A DNA stretch of 64,000 nucleotides from the human T2T-CHM13v2.0 reference genome, Homo sapiens. The number at the start of each line of letters is the position of its first letter. The first letter of the stretch is position 1. The DNA lies in assembly GCF_009914755.1 (NCBI RefSeq), contig NC_060928.1; one strand, written 5' to 3'. Both the position numbers and the translations under genes were made by a program. The notes beneath the pieces are model-generated. The model was not told where the DNA came from and did no database searches. It was given only the letters and a program-made list of their open reading frames with translations. Of this stretch, positions 1 through 11,360 are shown one piece after another.

Positions 1-1715
1 TAGCGCTTGGTGAATAGATGTGGATGTGTTGTATTCATGAGGACAACCCATACCATTTATTTTAAGGTTCCTGTTTTAGACAATGGAGTAGAAGATGTTT
101 CCAATATCTGACACAAAGAGTACCACATTAGACACTAGGTAATATGACCATTGCTTTCCTTCCTCCCTCTAGTGCTTTGACATTGTTGAGTCATGCCTCA
201 GCTATGGACAAGGCATATTATTTATGTGATCCACTTTTCAGTGTTAACTTTGAAAATCTGTGATATGAACCATAAGATTATCAATATTATGTTTTGGTGT
301 AATGTAGTACCATTTCTAACTTACACTTTACAGAATGTTTTGATAGAACTAAACTTTCAGTATGTTTTATCTTTTTTTGTTGTTTTTTCTCCTCCCTTAG
401 TGTATTGCCCATGAACCTTTAGGAATCCTAAGATAGATCAATGCCACATTAAAATTTAAGGAACTACTTCATCAAAACCACATGCTTCATTTCCTGAGGA
501 TTGTCAGCAAGCCAGATAAAAGAAAACATGTCAGAAATCTGTATTGCTGTTATTGATGCTTCTTGCTTAACTGCTGCATTACTGTGATGGTGGTCCTAAG
601 TAGTTTCCTTTCCATAAAAGCTCAAAGAATGCATGCAGCAATGACAAGGAATGGGTCAAAATTTCATTGGGGACTTTTGAGAAGTGACCACAGTGGTTTA
701 AGTGCTTAAGTTCTTGGATCATTTCTAACATATCAAAAGGTATTAATGTACTTTTGTATGGCTATTTTTTTACTGTTTTAAAATTCTAAAATGGCAGGTC
801 AGACTAGGCCAAGCATTGACAGGCTTTTAAAATTAATGTTTAATAAGATGGGGTGGCTGCCAGTACCTTAAAAGAATAGTGAATATGACTTGGATAAATG
901 TAGCATATTCTTTAAATTTGGCTTCTGGCTTGTAGATGGATATAGAAGCTGTTCTCGCCTTCCCTCTCTGTCCTTTCTTCTTTCCTCCCTTTTTCTCTGC
1001 CATTTCTTCTTCCTTTCTTTCAAGCATCATTGCTGCCTCTTTCTCACTCTTTGTGCCCCAAAGAAGGCTTCACTCTTAAGGATGATCCTTCTTTAAAACA
1101 CAATGGCAGATCATAAGTTCTATTCCATTCGATAACCTCATTAAAGCCATGGCAACACTACTGCTTATTTATTTCAAGGACCTATATTGAGTTTAGAATC
1201 ATAAATATTCATTACAAATTTCGTGAAAGGGAAGCAGAACTGATAGAAAGTCAGTGTATTTTGTCATATTGTGGTTAGGATTCTCTGGGACATGGATTAT
1301 ATACATAAATAAAACAAATGCACTGAACATTCAGACAGCCTTGGAACAGTGCCTTATGGGAGTAAACATATGCTTTTAAAAAATGCATCACAGTAATACA
1401 GTTTATCAATAATCCACCCTCGGTCCAACTGAGTCTCCAGCATATCTAGTATATTAGAAGCCATTCTGGAACTTATTCCCAGCATGCTCCACTTCGGGCA
1501 ATAATTGACCTATGCCATCACTGTGGAAATAAGAGGCAGGAGGTTTCTTCTTTGGGGGATTCACCCAGAAATGGATATGCCTCATCAAGAAAGTCTAGAG
1601 ATTTTCAAACTACCCAATGTTGTAGACCATGACGCTTACAAGAGGGTGTCATCTGAGGAGTCCTAGGGGTCCTGTAATCTGACTATTGATTACCCTCAGG
1701 AAATTTTTATCTTAC

Positions 1716-1923
1716 TTTATTTTTGAGACAGGGTCTCGTTTTGTCACCCAGGCTGGAGTATAGCAGCACCATCTCTGATCACTGCAGCCTAGACAACCGG
1801 GGATTAAGCAATCCTCCTGCCTCAGCCCCCCAAATAGTTGGGACTACTGGCGCACACCACCATGCCCAGCTAATTTCTGTATTTTTTTTGTAGAGACGGG
1901 GTTTTGCCATGCTGCCCAGGCTA
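1716..1923 (-). mobile_element. AluJ-type SINE, 5'-truncated
   Basis: TTTTGAGACAGGGTCTCG...CACCCAGGCTGGAG...GCCCAGCTAATTT...GTAGAGACGGGGTTTTGCCATG...CCCAGGCT matches antisense Alu (right monomer plus part of left). Confidence 0.93.
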
Positions 1924-2171
1924 GGAATTCTTATTTTTAACTTGAATCTTCCCAGTGCTACTCTAGATTTTTATCTTATGTTTCCTGCCTTTTGCAGTCA
2001 ATGTGTATATAAACAATGAGGATACATTTTCACCTTAGTATTAGAAAGATACAAATGCAAAGAAAGTCCACATATTTAACCCATATAAAGTTACAGTTAA
2101 GTTCATTTTTATGTTTGTGGGTTTTTAACTTATATGTCATTTCCTTGTAAAAAGCCTGCAAAGCAATTTAC

Positions 2172-2390
2172 AAACTTACTATATAGTGCTTGCTTTGGGC
2201 CAGCTATTCTTTTGTTTTATTTAACTCTCCTCACAACTTTATTAAATAGATATTGCAATTTCCATTTGAAAGCTAAGGCAACTGAGGTTCATAAAGTTTA
2301 AGGAATTTTTTTTCCAGAATTTACAACTAGTACTATACATAGTGGAAGGGCTGGGACACAAACCCAAGTCTCTGTCTGTAAAGACTATTA
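2172..2390 (-). mobile_element. MIR SINE
   Basis: Antisense MIR core CCATTTGAAAGCTAAGGCAACTGAGG and tRNA-like end GGGACACAAACCCAAGTCT. Confidence 0.75.
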
Positions 2391-2859
2391 TTTGTTTTTC
2401 AAAAAATACCAAAATATTCACACATGACTTTCAGTGCATGTTTTTAGAAATCTTTTTGGTAAAGGTAGGTACAGAAAGAGTGGTCTTTGAACAGTTACCT
2501 AGGTATCATCTACTCAGAAATAAAAAATAAAAGGATAATTAAAGTGAATGTATATTTGTGTCATTAAGCATGAAATATTCAATGCATATCTTAAATTTTT
2601 AAAGTTAAAATGTTATCTCATATATTATGCCTACAAGGCCATCAATCTACATAGACAGTTGTGCATGCAGTACATATCTGCTGAGTACAGATCAGTGAAG
2701 AGAGTAGCCTGTAGGAGATTACTATGTGACAGAACATGATTCGTATTCTCAAGAAACATACAATCTAGTATGTGCATAGATGTCAATTCTGGAAAACTTA
2801 TTGGAAGACATGTTTAGGATCAAGTTGTTGAAGGAGCAATCCATGCAATCCTTATAAGA

Positions 2860-3110
2860 GGCAGAGCCTAGCAGTTAAGAATAATTAAGAACTTAGGTTT
2901 TGTAGTTACACTGCTGATATGTATAAAGTCCAGCAGCATCATTTATTAGCTTGTGATCCCTGGGGAGGTCCTTAATCTACCTCTACTTCTGTTGCCTCAT
3001 CTATAAAATGAGGATAGCACATATAACCTACTTCATATGGTTGTTGGACAAACACAAAGCACATTCTTTGTGCTGTGCATTATCATAAGCACTGTATAAA
3101 TAAGCCATTG
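2860..3110 (+). mobile_element. MIR SINE
   Basis: MIR core CCTCATCTATAAAATGAGGATAG...ACCTACTTCATATGGTTGTTG. Confidence 0.75.
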
Positions 3111-6100
3111 AATATGCAGAAGAAGTAGGTGGTACTATTATTGTTAGTTTTGAGAGGATAAAAGGAGTTGATGTATAAAAAGTATTTCAGGCAATGACTA
3201 TCTCAACAAAAATTACCCTTAGTAAAGGAAAAAAAAATATGTTGAAAGCAGAGGAAACGTCATGTGCATAAGCTATAAAAACAAGAATAAATACATAATA
3301 TATGCTTGCTGAAGTAACTACCACGAGTTTGGTTCTGGTGATTAATAAAGAAATTCTCAAGTGGAATGTGGCACAATGAGCTTCTCTACTTCCAGTGTCA
3401 ACATATGAAATATACCCAGCTATTCACATTTTTGTGGCTTAAAACAATGTCAGTTACCTCATTAATAGTCTTCTCTTCAGTTAAGAGGCAGTTTCCCCCA
3501 TGAGAATGCATGTGTTCATCATGAAATCTAATTAGAGTGATACCAAAAAAAAAAGGTAATGAAAAAATGTGGTTTGTAAACCTGCATGTTTTTCTGAATT
3601 GCCTCTTGTGTGCAAAAAAACATAAGGCTGGTTACTATGGTTCCGAGAGCATGGTTCTCTGGTTACGTTGACTCTTTTAAGAATTGCTCACTTTTCTCTA
3701 CTCGCAATATACACATTGAATATCATGCCTGTGCAATTATGGCTGCTGAAGGTATTTTCTGGTTTGTCATTTATAAGACTCTCTACACAGTTTGCCTTTA
3801 CCTTGGCCCTGAGGTTTTTTTTTTGTTGTTGTTGTTAAACCCATGATTTTAATAGTGACAGTTAATCAATATATTTCTTAACTCATTTGCAATTGTCATT
3901 TGACTGTGTTTTATAAAAGCTTTAATGGTCTGTAAGCCTTGTGAGTTCTTTTTGAATGTGGCTGTTAGGACATGTTTTCCTTAAAGTAAACTAACATGAA
4001 GGTTTATGCCTGAGTTTAATTCAGATCTAAGCCATATACATGTGCAGATACACATGTACCTGCACTTTATTTCATTGCTTCATCTTTTCAAACTGTAGCT
4101 GCCATTCTTTTGTGTTTGGTTTTGGAAGGGAAGAGCATTTGAGAAACTGATCCTGGGATTTGTGTGTGCTGAGAGAGAGAGAGGACTCTACCCAGGGAAC
4201 CACATTATAGGCAGAAAGAATGAAATGGTTCTAGATGTATAATTGAATACTTCATTCCACAAGCATTAATTAAATACCTAATGTAAATTAAATACATATA
4301 AATATATGAATATAGAAAATTGTTTGTTTAATTTCCTAGTTATCAAACAGGTAGAATTCAGATTTACACAAATGTGATGTAAAATTAAATGATATCATTC
4401 AGCAGAGAAGAAGTTGAGGGGCAGTTTTAGAAATTTTACCCCCCAAGGCTGGAGGGAAAATCTCTGTTAATGAATCAGATTTTGCTCTTTAGAAGCAAAG
4501 TGTTGGTAGAGAAGGTATCAGTATATCAGTATTTAGAAGCAACAGCCTGAACCCACAGATGCAGCCCTATTTCATGAAGCAATTGTCAGTGGTAGCTAAT
4601 TGATATCCACTATCAGGTATCTAAGTTGAAATCTTACCACATGTCATTATTTTAAACAGATAAGACTATGACAATGTCACCAATCCTAGTAAACTGGGAG
4701 GTGGGGAAGAACCAGACAATTTGCATTATCCACAGTATTTAGAAATATGGCTAATAAAATGTAGGAAGCTTTATCATCTTATTGCACACAGTTTGCTCTA
4801 AAATAGAAGGGGGATGGAGAGGAGTTGATGATATGTTGTTATATGGACCACTTTATAGCCCGCATTCATTATAATATGACAGTTGCCCCATTGACACCAT
4901 GTTATTTATTGAAAAGCAGAGCAAATAGGCTAGTAAATCATGATTGCACATCTAGCTAATCAGAATCTGCTCTGGTTTCGTGCACGTTAATTTTTAAAAC
5001 TTATTTATTCTGCTTTTCATTTTATTTTTTATTGCTCTTTGTTTAATAGCAATCTTTTCTTTAATAGACTCTCATCTTGAGACATTTTAAAATGCACTAC
5101 GTGTCAAATCTGATTCAACTATGATACCTAAATGCATATTATTTAAATTAAATATGAATGCTTTGAAAAGTGTATACTTATATCATAATTGCTTAAAACT
5201 GCATTTTCACATTATGTATGTTGTAGAGTTGAATCTTGTTAATGTATGCAAGAACCAAAGTTAGTTTAAAAAAAGTAAAATAAATTATTCACATCACATA
5301 CATCTATACATCTGATAGTGTAATTAGCAATCAAAAGTACTACGTATGGTGATGTAATAAGGACATTATAATTTTTGTACATCCTGCTGATGATGGATTT
5401 AGATTTCACATTTTGCATATTTTCTATTTTATTATTTTAGACTAAAAAAAGATTTAAAAAATAACATGTTTTGTTATTTTAGTTCCTTTTTTAATCATCC
5501 TTCACGCTCCTTTTGCTTTCCTTCCGTGTCTGGCTCTCATTTCCTCAGTTTAGATAGGACTTGTTTTTCTTCATTTATCTTGACTCTCTTTCCTGCTCTG
5601 CAGTGCTAACACTAATAATAATAATAGAAATCTTGGGCCTAGATCTTGGGATTTGGGAGGTCATTGTGGTTACTTCTTTGCTTTTAGTTAGCTTGCTAGC
5701 CATTTCAGAAAGAAAATCATTTATGCTTTTCTCAACATGCCCACAGATTTCTTGCATGTTTCCAGTTGTATTTGATCTCATTATTCCAAAAGTTTTATGT
5801 ATCATAATGTTAAACACTTTAGCTAAAAGATTACTACTCCAATTCTCATTTCCTCATAATGCTGCCAATGTTTTAACACTTTCTTCTACTTCAACTCATT
5901 CCACTCTCTCCATCTTTCTCTTCACTAAATGTTGGACTTCTCTCTATTTGATATAACTCTAGTCACTTTTAATAGAGTAAAAGCATTTCATCAAAAATAA
6001 TTTTCTGAAAGTATGGGTGTGCCGACATCCCACTAGTTAACGGTTTCCCACAGGTGTATTTTAATTCATTCTTAGGCATTTCTTTACCCTCCCAGGCACT

Positions 6101-6299
6101 GCTATCTCTGCAGCATCTCCATCTTGTTTTCTGTGGGGGTTATGATGCTTCCACATCCTCTCCAACTGGACAGAATTTGTCCCTCATACGCTTCGTCTAT
6201 TTATGCCTGGACAATTAAGAAGCATCATAACTAGAATTGGTTCAGATGAAATATATTTCTGTTTTGTGCCACCGTCTTGAGACCCACTCCAGAAAAGGA

Positions 6300-6500
6300 G
6301 CCTGGGATATGGACTTGATTAACTCAAAGAATTGGGTTCAATTCATAGTCTTGGCCTTTACTAGCTATGGGACAAAACTTCCATCAATAAAATGAGTATA
6401 ACAACTATACATAGGGTAATATCAGTTTTAAACTGTATTAGATAACATTTGTAAAGTCTTAGGCACAAATTCTCAGATAAAGTCTTGAACATGGGTATTC
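6300..6500 (+). mobile_element. MIR SINE, degraded
   Basis: TGGGTTCAATTC...TTACTAGCTATG...CATCAATAAAATGAG...CATTTGTAAAGTCTTAG. Confidence 0.6.
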
Positions 6501-7660
6501 AACAGATTTCACAAGCATTGCTTGTTTTCATTATGTAAATACACCACAAAACTATTCTTAGCGGATTAATACAAAATAAAACAAACAAAAAGGAAAGAAG
6601 GACCTCTACTCATTGTATACACCCTCTCTCATCAGGCTAACTCTGAACCAGGAAGAAATGCATTAGAGTCAAATTTAGCTATAGTTACCCAGCTAATGGT
6701 AGGATGATATAAGGCCTATTTTCATACCAGCTACTGAAACAGAATCTCATCTGTAAAATGGGCATAAACCCCCTTTTCATAGAGTTATTATTGATGAATA
6801 TTCAATCATCAATAAACTTCTTTGTCATGCTCTGCTAGTCAAGTTTTTTTTCCTATGATGAGTTCTGTCTCTAATATTAAAGTAGCATGAATGATTTGTA
6901 TTTAAGATATTTTGTAATTTTCATAATTTTGCATTTTTAATGTATGGCCACCACTCATTGAGATCTAGCCATATATGAATCAGTACTTAAACGATTCTCA
7001 AAAAGTAACACTTTAGAAAAGCACAGTAACTCATACATGACTCAATGAGATTTGTTCAATTTCTTTTGAAAGAAACACAGTTCACACCTAGAAGTGAGCT
7101 CAGCATCACAGGTTGAGGGAGACTTGTGAGCTTTCTCTTGCTATGGGGGAATGAAACCTGGTTTCGGCTAGAAAGGATGCAACCTATAATAACACAAAAA
7201 CATCCCGTGACTCCACTGTTGAAGAATTTTGTCTCACTTATCCATTCACATGCAGCAGGAATGGTGCCTAATTTTTAGACTCCTGAAGAACTTCTTTATG
7301 TCTCTTTTTCTTTCTTGCTTACTTGCTTTCTTGCTTTCTCACTGTTGGATACATCTGGTATATTCTGAAACTAAATATCTTGTAAGCATCGACAGATTTT
7401 TGAATAATGTGATATTATATTAACTGTTAACAGTGAAGCCTGTTGTTCTTTCATTGATAAATATTCAGTGATCAGAGGCTCTAATGATTAGTGGTTATAA
7501 GCATGAACCAGAGCTTAAATCCATTTCTGTCATCACTAATATAGTGCCTACCTTGTAACAATGTTGTTAGGAAAAAAATAGAAGTAAAAATTTATCCCCT
7601 CTGTGTGTTTGTGCATGCACTTGTGCTCCTGCATGTGCATGTACTTAAAGATTTTTCTAG

Positions 7661-7900
7661 CCATTCATCCATTAATTTAAGTCAAGAAACTTTGATGGTC
7701 CTGTCATGAGCCATACACTGTCTAGATACCAGATATGCAGATATGAATGAGGACACAGTTCCTCTCCTCCAGGCAGTCCCTGTCTAGTGAGTAAGATGGA
7801 TAAATATATTATCCATTAACTAATGTGATCAACGCAATAATGGAGTAGTAGATTCAGTGCAGCAGAACCAATGTGGCAGGTCGAAATACTCAGTGTAGGT
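7661..7900 (-). mobile_element. L2 LINE 3' end
   Basis: CATTCATCCATT...ATGAGCCATACACTGT...ATGAATGAGGACACAGTTCCT...GTCTAGTG resembles the antisense L2 3' terminus. Confidence 0.7.
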
Positions 7901-8137
7901 CACAGAAGGCAGGCTAATTGCACTTTCTACTACAATATCTCTGTAGCAGAAAGGTGGAAGCCTGTTTGGAATCCAGTGTTAAAGTATAGACTCTGCTGGC
8001 TTCAAGCAATAAGAGCCTGCTTTGTGACAGTATTTACTGGACATTAAGGATGGGAATATTCAATGCTGGAGGGCTTATTTGGAATGTGTTTTTGTGTGTG
8101 TGCATGCATGTGGGTACACATGCTATGTCTGTAGACA

Positions 8138-8640
8138 TTATAGTAGCATCCTATTGCTGTTCTAACAAATTGAGTGTCTTAAAACATCTCAAATTTATCT
8201 TACAATTTTGGAGGCCAGAAGCAGGAAATGGGTCTCAGTGGGCTAAAATCCAGATATCAGCAGGATTCCTGGAGGCTCTAGGGGAGGATATGTTTTCTTG
8301 CCTCTTTCAGCTTCTAGACACTGGCTGTATTCCTTGGCTTACAGTCCCCTTCCATCTTCAAAGTCAGCAGTGGCTGGTCATGGGAGTCTCAAATTCTTAT
8401 CACTCTGACACTGACTCTTCCGCCTTCTGCTTCCACATATAAGAGCCCTTGTGATTACATTGGCCCACTTAGATAAACCAAGATAATCTTCTATTTTAAA
8501 ATCATCTGGTTAGCATCCTTAATTCCAGCTGTCGTCTTAGTCCCATCCCCACCCCCTGCCACCACATAACATAGTATATTCATAGGGTACATGGGTAAGG
8601 ATGTGGGCATCTTTGGGAGGAGAGTCTTTATTCTGCACAA
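8138..8640 (-). mobile_element. MaLR solo LTR, MLT1D-like
   Basis: CCTATTGCTGTTCTAACAAATT...TGGAGGCCAGAAG...GGAGGCTCTAGGGGAG...CCCTTGTGATTACATTGGCCCAC...GGATGTGGGCATCTTTGGG. Confidence 0.85.
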
Positions 8641-9074
8641 AGGTGCAGCTAAGGATTGTATATCAGGGAGAAAATGTAGAAAATTAACAATACAAGGAAA
8701 GTACTTTACATCTGAACACGAGAGAGATCAGAACTTGAATCGCTTAAGAAACTGCGTTGTTACATGCACTATGTGCCATGATGAGACAGAAATTACGCAG
8801 ATAATCAAATGGAAAATGTCATATAAATGTTGTATAAAGATGACGGAAAGAACATTCTGAACACTTTGTATGAAGGAAGGACAAGAGAGTTGTCTGTCAA
8901 ATAAGTAAGAGGTGGTGCATTTTGCTGATAGGATCCCAAATCCAGTGTAGCTAAGAACATTGTTGCAAACTTTAGAGGTCATTAGAAATTTAGATCTACC
9001 CAGAATCTTTAAAAATGTGCCATTTTCCTTTATATTTCTTACGTGTTCAGTGAAGTCATAAGCTCTTTGATAAC

Positions 9075-9480
9075 AAAAGCTAAAACATATAACACCATGT
9101 GCCAGGCACTTTTCCAACTGCTTCACAGGTAGTAATCATTTACTTATCACCAGGGCCCACTTCTAGGGCACTGGCCTAGAAAGTCACACAGGACCTTGCA
9201 CTGAGAAAGATCCCCACTTGGTTTAATGGTTTGCTGTTACCATCTTGAAATTCTTAATAATTTTTGAACAAAGGGCCCTGCTTTTTCCTTTTGCACGAGG
9301 CCTCATAAATTGTATCATTGCTCCTGCTCATCACGATAAAGCAATATATCAGATACAATTATTATCAACATTTTGTAGAAGAGGAAATTGAGGCATAGAA
9401 GGGTTAACTTGCCAACGTCACACGGCTGTTGCATTAGAGAGCCAGGATTTTAAACTGAGGTGCTTTGAACCACTTCACTC
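9075..9480 (-). mobile_element. MIR SINE interrupted by MER91A
   Basis: CCATGTGCCAGGCAC on the left; CATTTTGTAGAAGAGGAAATTGAGGCA...ACTTGCCAACGTCACAC on the right. Confidence 0.8.
9151..9326 (+). mobile_element. MER91A hAT-Tip100 DNA transposon fossil
   Basis: CAGGGCC...CTTGGTTTAATG...CTTGAAATTCTTAATAATTTTTGAACAAAGGGCCC...CCTG; 8-bp TSD CTTATCAC (9143-9150) / CTCATCAC (9327-9334). Confidence 0.88.
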
Positions 9481-9884
9481 TCCTGCTTATTTGAGATAAT
9501 GTCTTCTTAAATGTGTCTGTTCCCCAACTATGACACACTGTCTGGTACATGGTTAGCTTTCAGTAAGTGCTTGTTGAACAGAATTATGTTTGATGGTCTT
9601 TGGTAAAAATGTTCATTTCAGTTTTCAACTAATAGAGATGAAAGTAAAAAAAAAAAAAACCTGAGTCTCTTCCAAGACATTTGTGTAAACAAGCAAAAAT
9701 CAGCTTTTTCCCTTTGCATAGTCATATGTCTGAGGATGTTCCCTTGTTCAAGGTATGTTATTTATTATGTATTAGATTTATACAGCAAAATTTTCTGGAG
9801 AGATCTGATAAAATGACACAAAGCAATATTTTTCCACTGTCCTAATTTATCTTGAAGGAATTTGAACTTTATAAACATTGGTGT

Positions 9885-9930
9885 TATATATATATATATG
9901 TGTATATATATACACACACACACATATATA
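9885..9930. repeat. compound (TA)n/(CA)n microsatellite
   Basis: Seen directly. Confidence 0.9.
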
Positions 9931-10189
9931 TTCATCAATAAAATTGCTATAAATGTAAATACATGTGTATGCAATAAAGTGAGAATAGGAGAGCCATATA
10001 TAATAATAAACCAGAAGGATGGGAGAGGTAGCTGAATTTGTCGGTTGTTACACCTTAAACAAATTTAATGCACATCTTCTGGGGTTTGCTGTGTGCCATA
10101 TGCTAGGCAGTATGAGGGAAAATTCGTAATAATTGTATTAGTAAGAATAATAAAGTCATTCCCGGGAGCGCAGAGTCAGCAGATTGAGA

Positions 10190-10536
10190 CAGGGATCCCA
10201 ACCCCCGGGCCACGAACCGGTCCAGGTTCATGGCCTGTTAGTAACCGGGCTACACAGCAGGAGGTGAGCACAGGCAAGCGAGCATTACTGCCTGAGCTCT
10301 GTCTCCTGCCAGACGAGCGGTGGCATTAGATTTTCACAGGAGTGTGAAACCTATTGTGAACTGCTCATGTGAAGGATCTAGGTGGCATGGTCTTTCTGAG
10401 AATCTAACTAATGCCTGATGATCTGAGGTAAAAGAGCTTCATCCAAAAGCCATCTCCCACCCACCAGCCTTCGTTCGAGGAAAAATTGTCTTCCAGGAAA
10501 CCGGGTCCCTGATGCCAAAAAGGCTGGGGACTGCTG
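10190..10536 (+). mobile_element. MER1B hAT-Charlie DNA transposon fossil, full length
   Basis: Terminal inverted repeats CAGGGATCCCAACC / GGCTGGGGACTGCTG; internal GAGAATCTAACTAATGCCTGATGATCTGAGG. Confidence 0.93.
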
Positions 10537-10619
10537 AGCTGAGAGATCCAATCATATGGAGGTCTCATCAGAGAGACTGTATGGCAAAGACTGGAAGAGA
10601 GGGCATAGTAGGAGCACAA

Positions 10620-10800
10620 GCCCAGGGCTTGGACATTTTAATGATGATTCTATCAGTTGAAAACATGTAACTTTGGGCCGCTCACAGCCATTATGTATAT
10701 TTCACCATCTGTAAAGTGGGGCTAATAATATCCCTTCTACCTACTTCCAGAGATGATGTAATTACTAAATGGATCCATAAATATGAATGCATGCTGAACA
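10620..10800 (+). mobile_element. MIR SINE
   Basis: CATCTGTAAAGTGGGGCTAATAAT...CTACCTACTTC. Confidence 0.65.
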
Positions 10801-11149
10801 TTTTTTAAAATGGGAGGAGGAGGAGGGAGGCATTAAATTAAGGTGTTTTTCTTGCACTAAGTATTGTTCCAAATAAGACATAGGCAATAAAATCACAACA
10901 TATGAAAAAGAAGCCTTATTTAGCATGAAACACTGCTATATTATTTTAATCCCTACTTTACTACCTTACCTTAGATAATTCATATCTGGTGATTCAGATA
11001 CTTGTTGGACCAAAACAAAGAGATTGAAGATGTTAGCAGTGCTAATTTATTTTCAGCTTTAATTCACCATGTTATGTAATCCATATTTGGTTGACTTGGA
11101 TAGCTAATGGAGAGGGCAAAACATGAAGATGTTGTAAGTACTGACTTAT

Positions 11150-11360
11150 TTGATTCATTTCATTATGTTATTGAGCATTTATTATTTATAAGGCATTATG
11201 AGTGGCACAGAAATAAACAAGATAAATAAGATGTAGTCTATACCCTTACAGAGTGCACAGTTTACTAGTGACAATGGGAATAAAATGTTTGCATACAAGA
11301 CCAAATGTATTAAGTGCTGTGAGAGAATAGCTGCAAGGATCCACAGGAGGAAGTGACCAT
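11150..11360 (-). mobile_element. L2 LINE 3' end
   Basis: ATTCATTTCATT...TATTGAGCATTTATTAT...AGGCATT...GATAAATAAGATGTAGTC. Confidence 0.7.

Noticed and set aside
833-1030. Minus-strand ORF AEKKGGKKKGQRGKARTASISIYK resembling the histone H2B N-tail
   Set aside because: It comes from a CT-rich low-complexity stretch, similarity stops before the histone fold, and the DNA does not look histone-like
5575-5817. ORF with SINDFLSEMASKLTKSKEVTTMTS, faintly like the H2B fold
   Set aside because: Few identities and gaps needed; 4.5 kb from the other piece and in the wrong order on the minus strand. Treated as chance; TBLASTN with H2B would settle it
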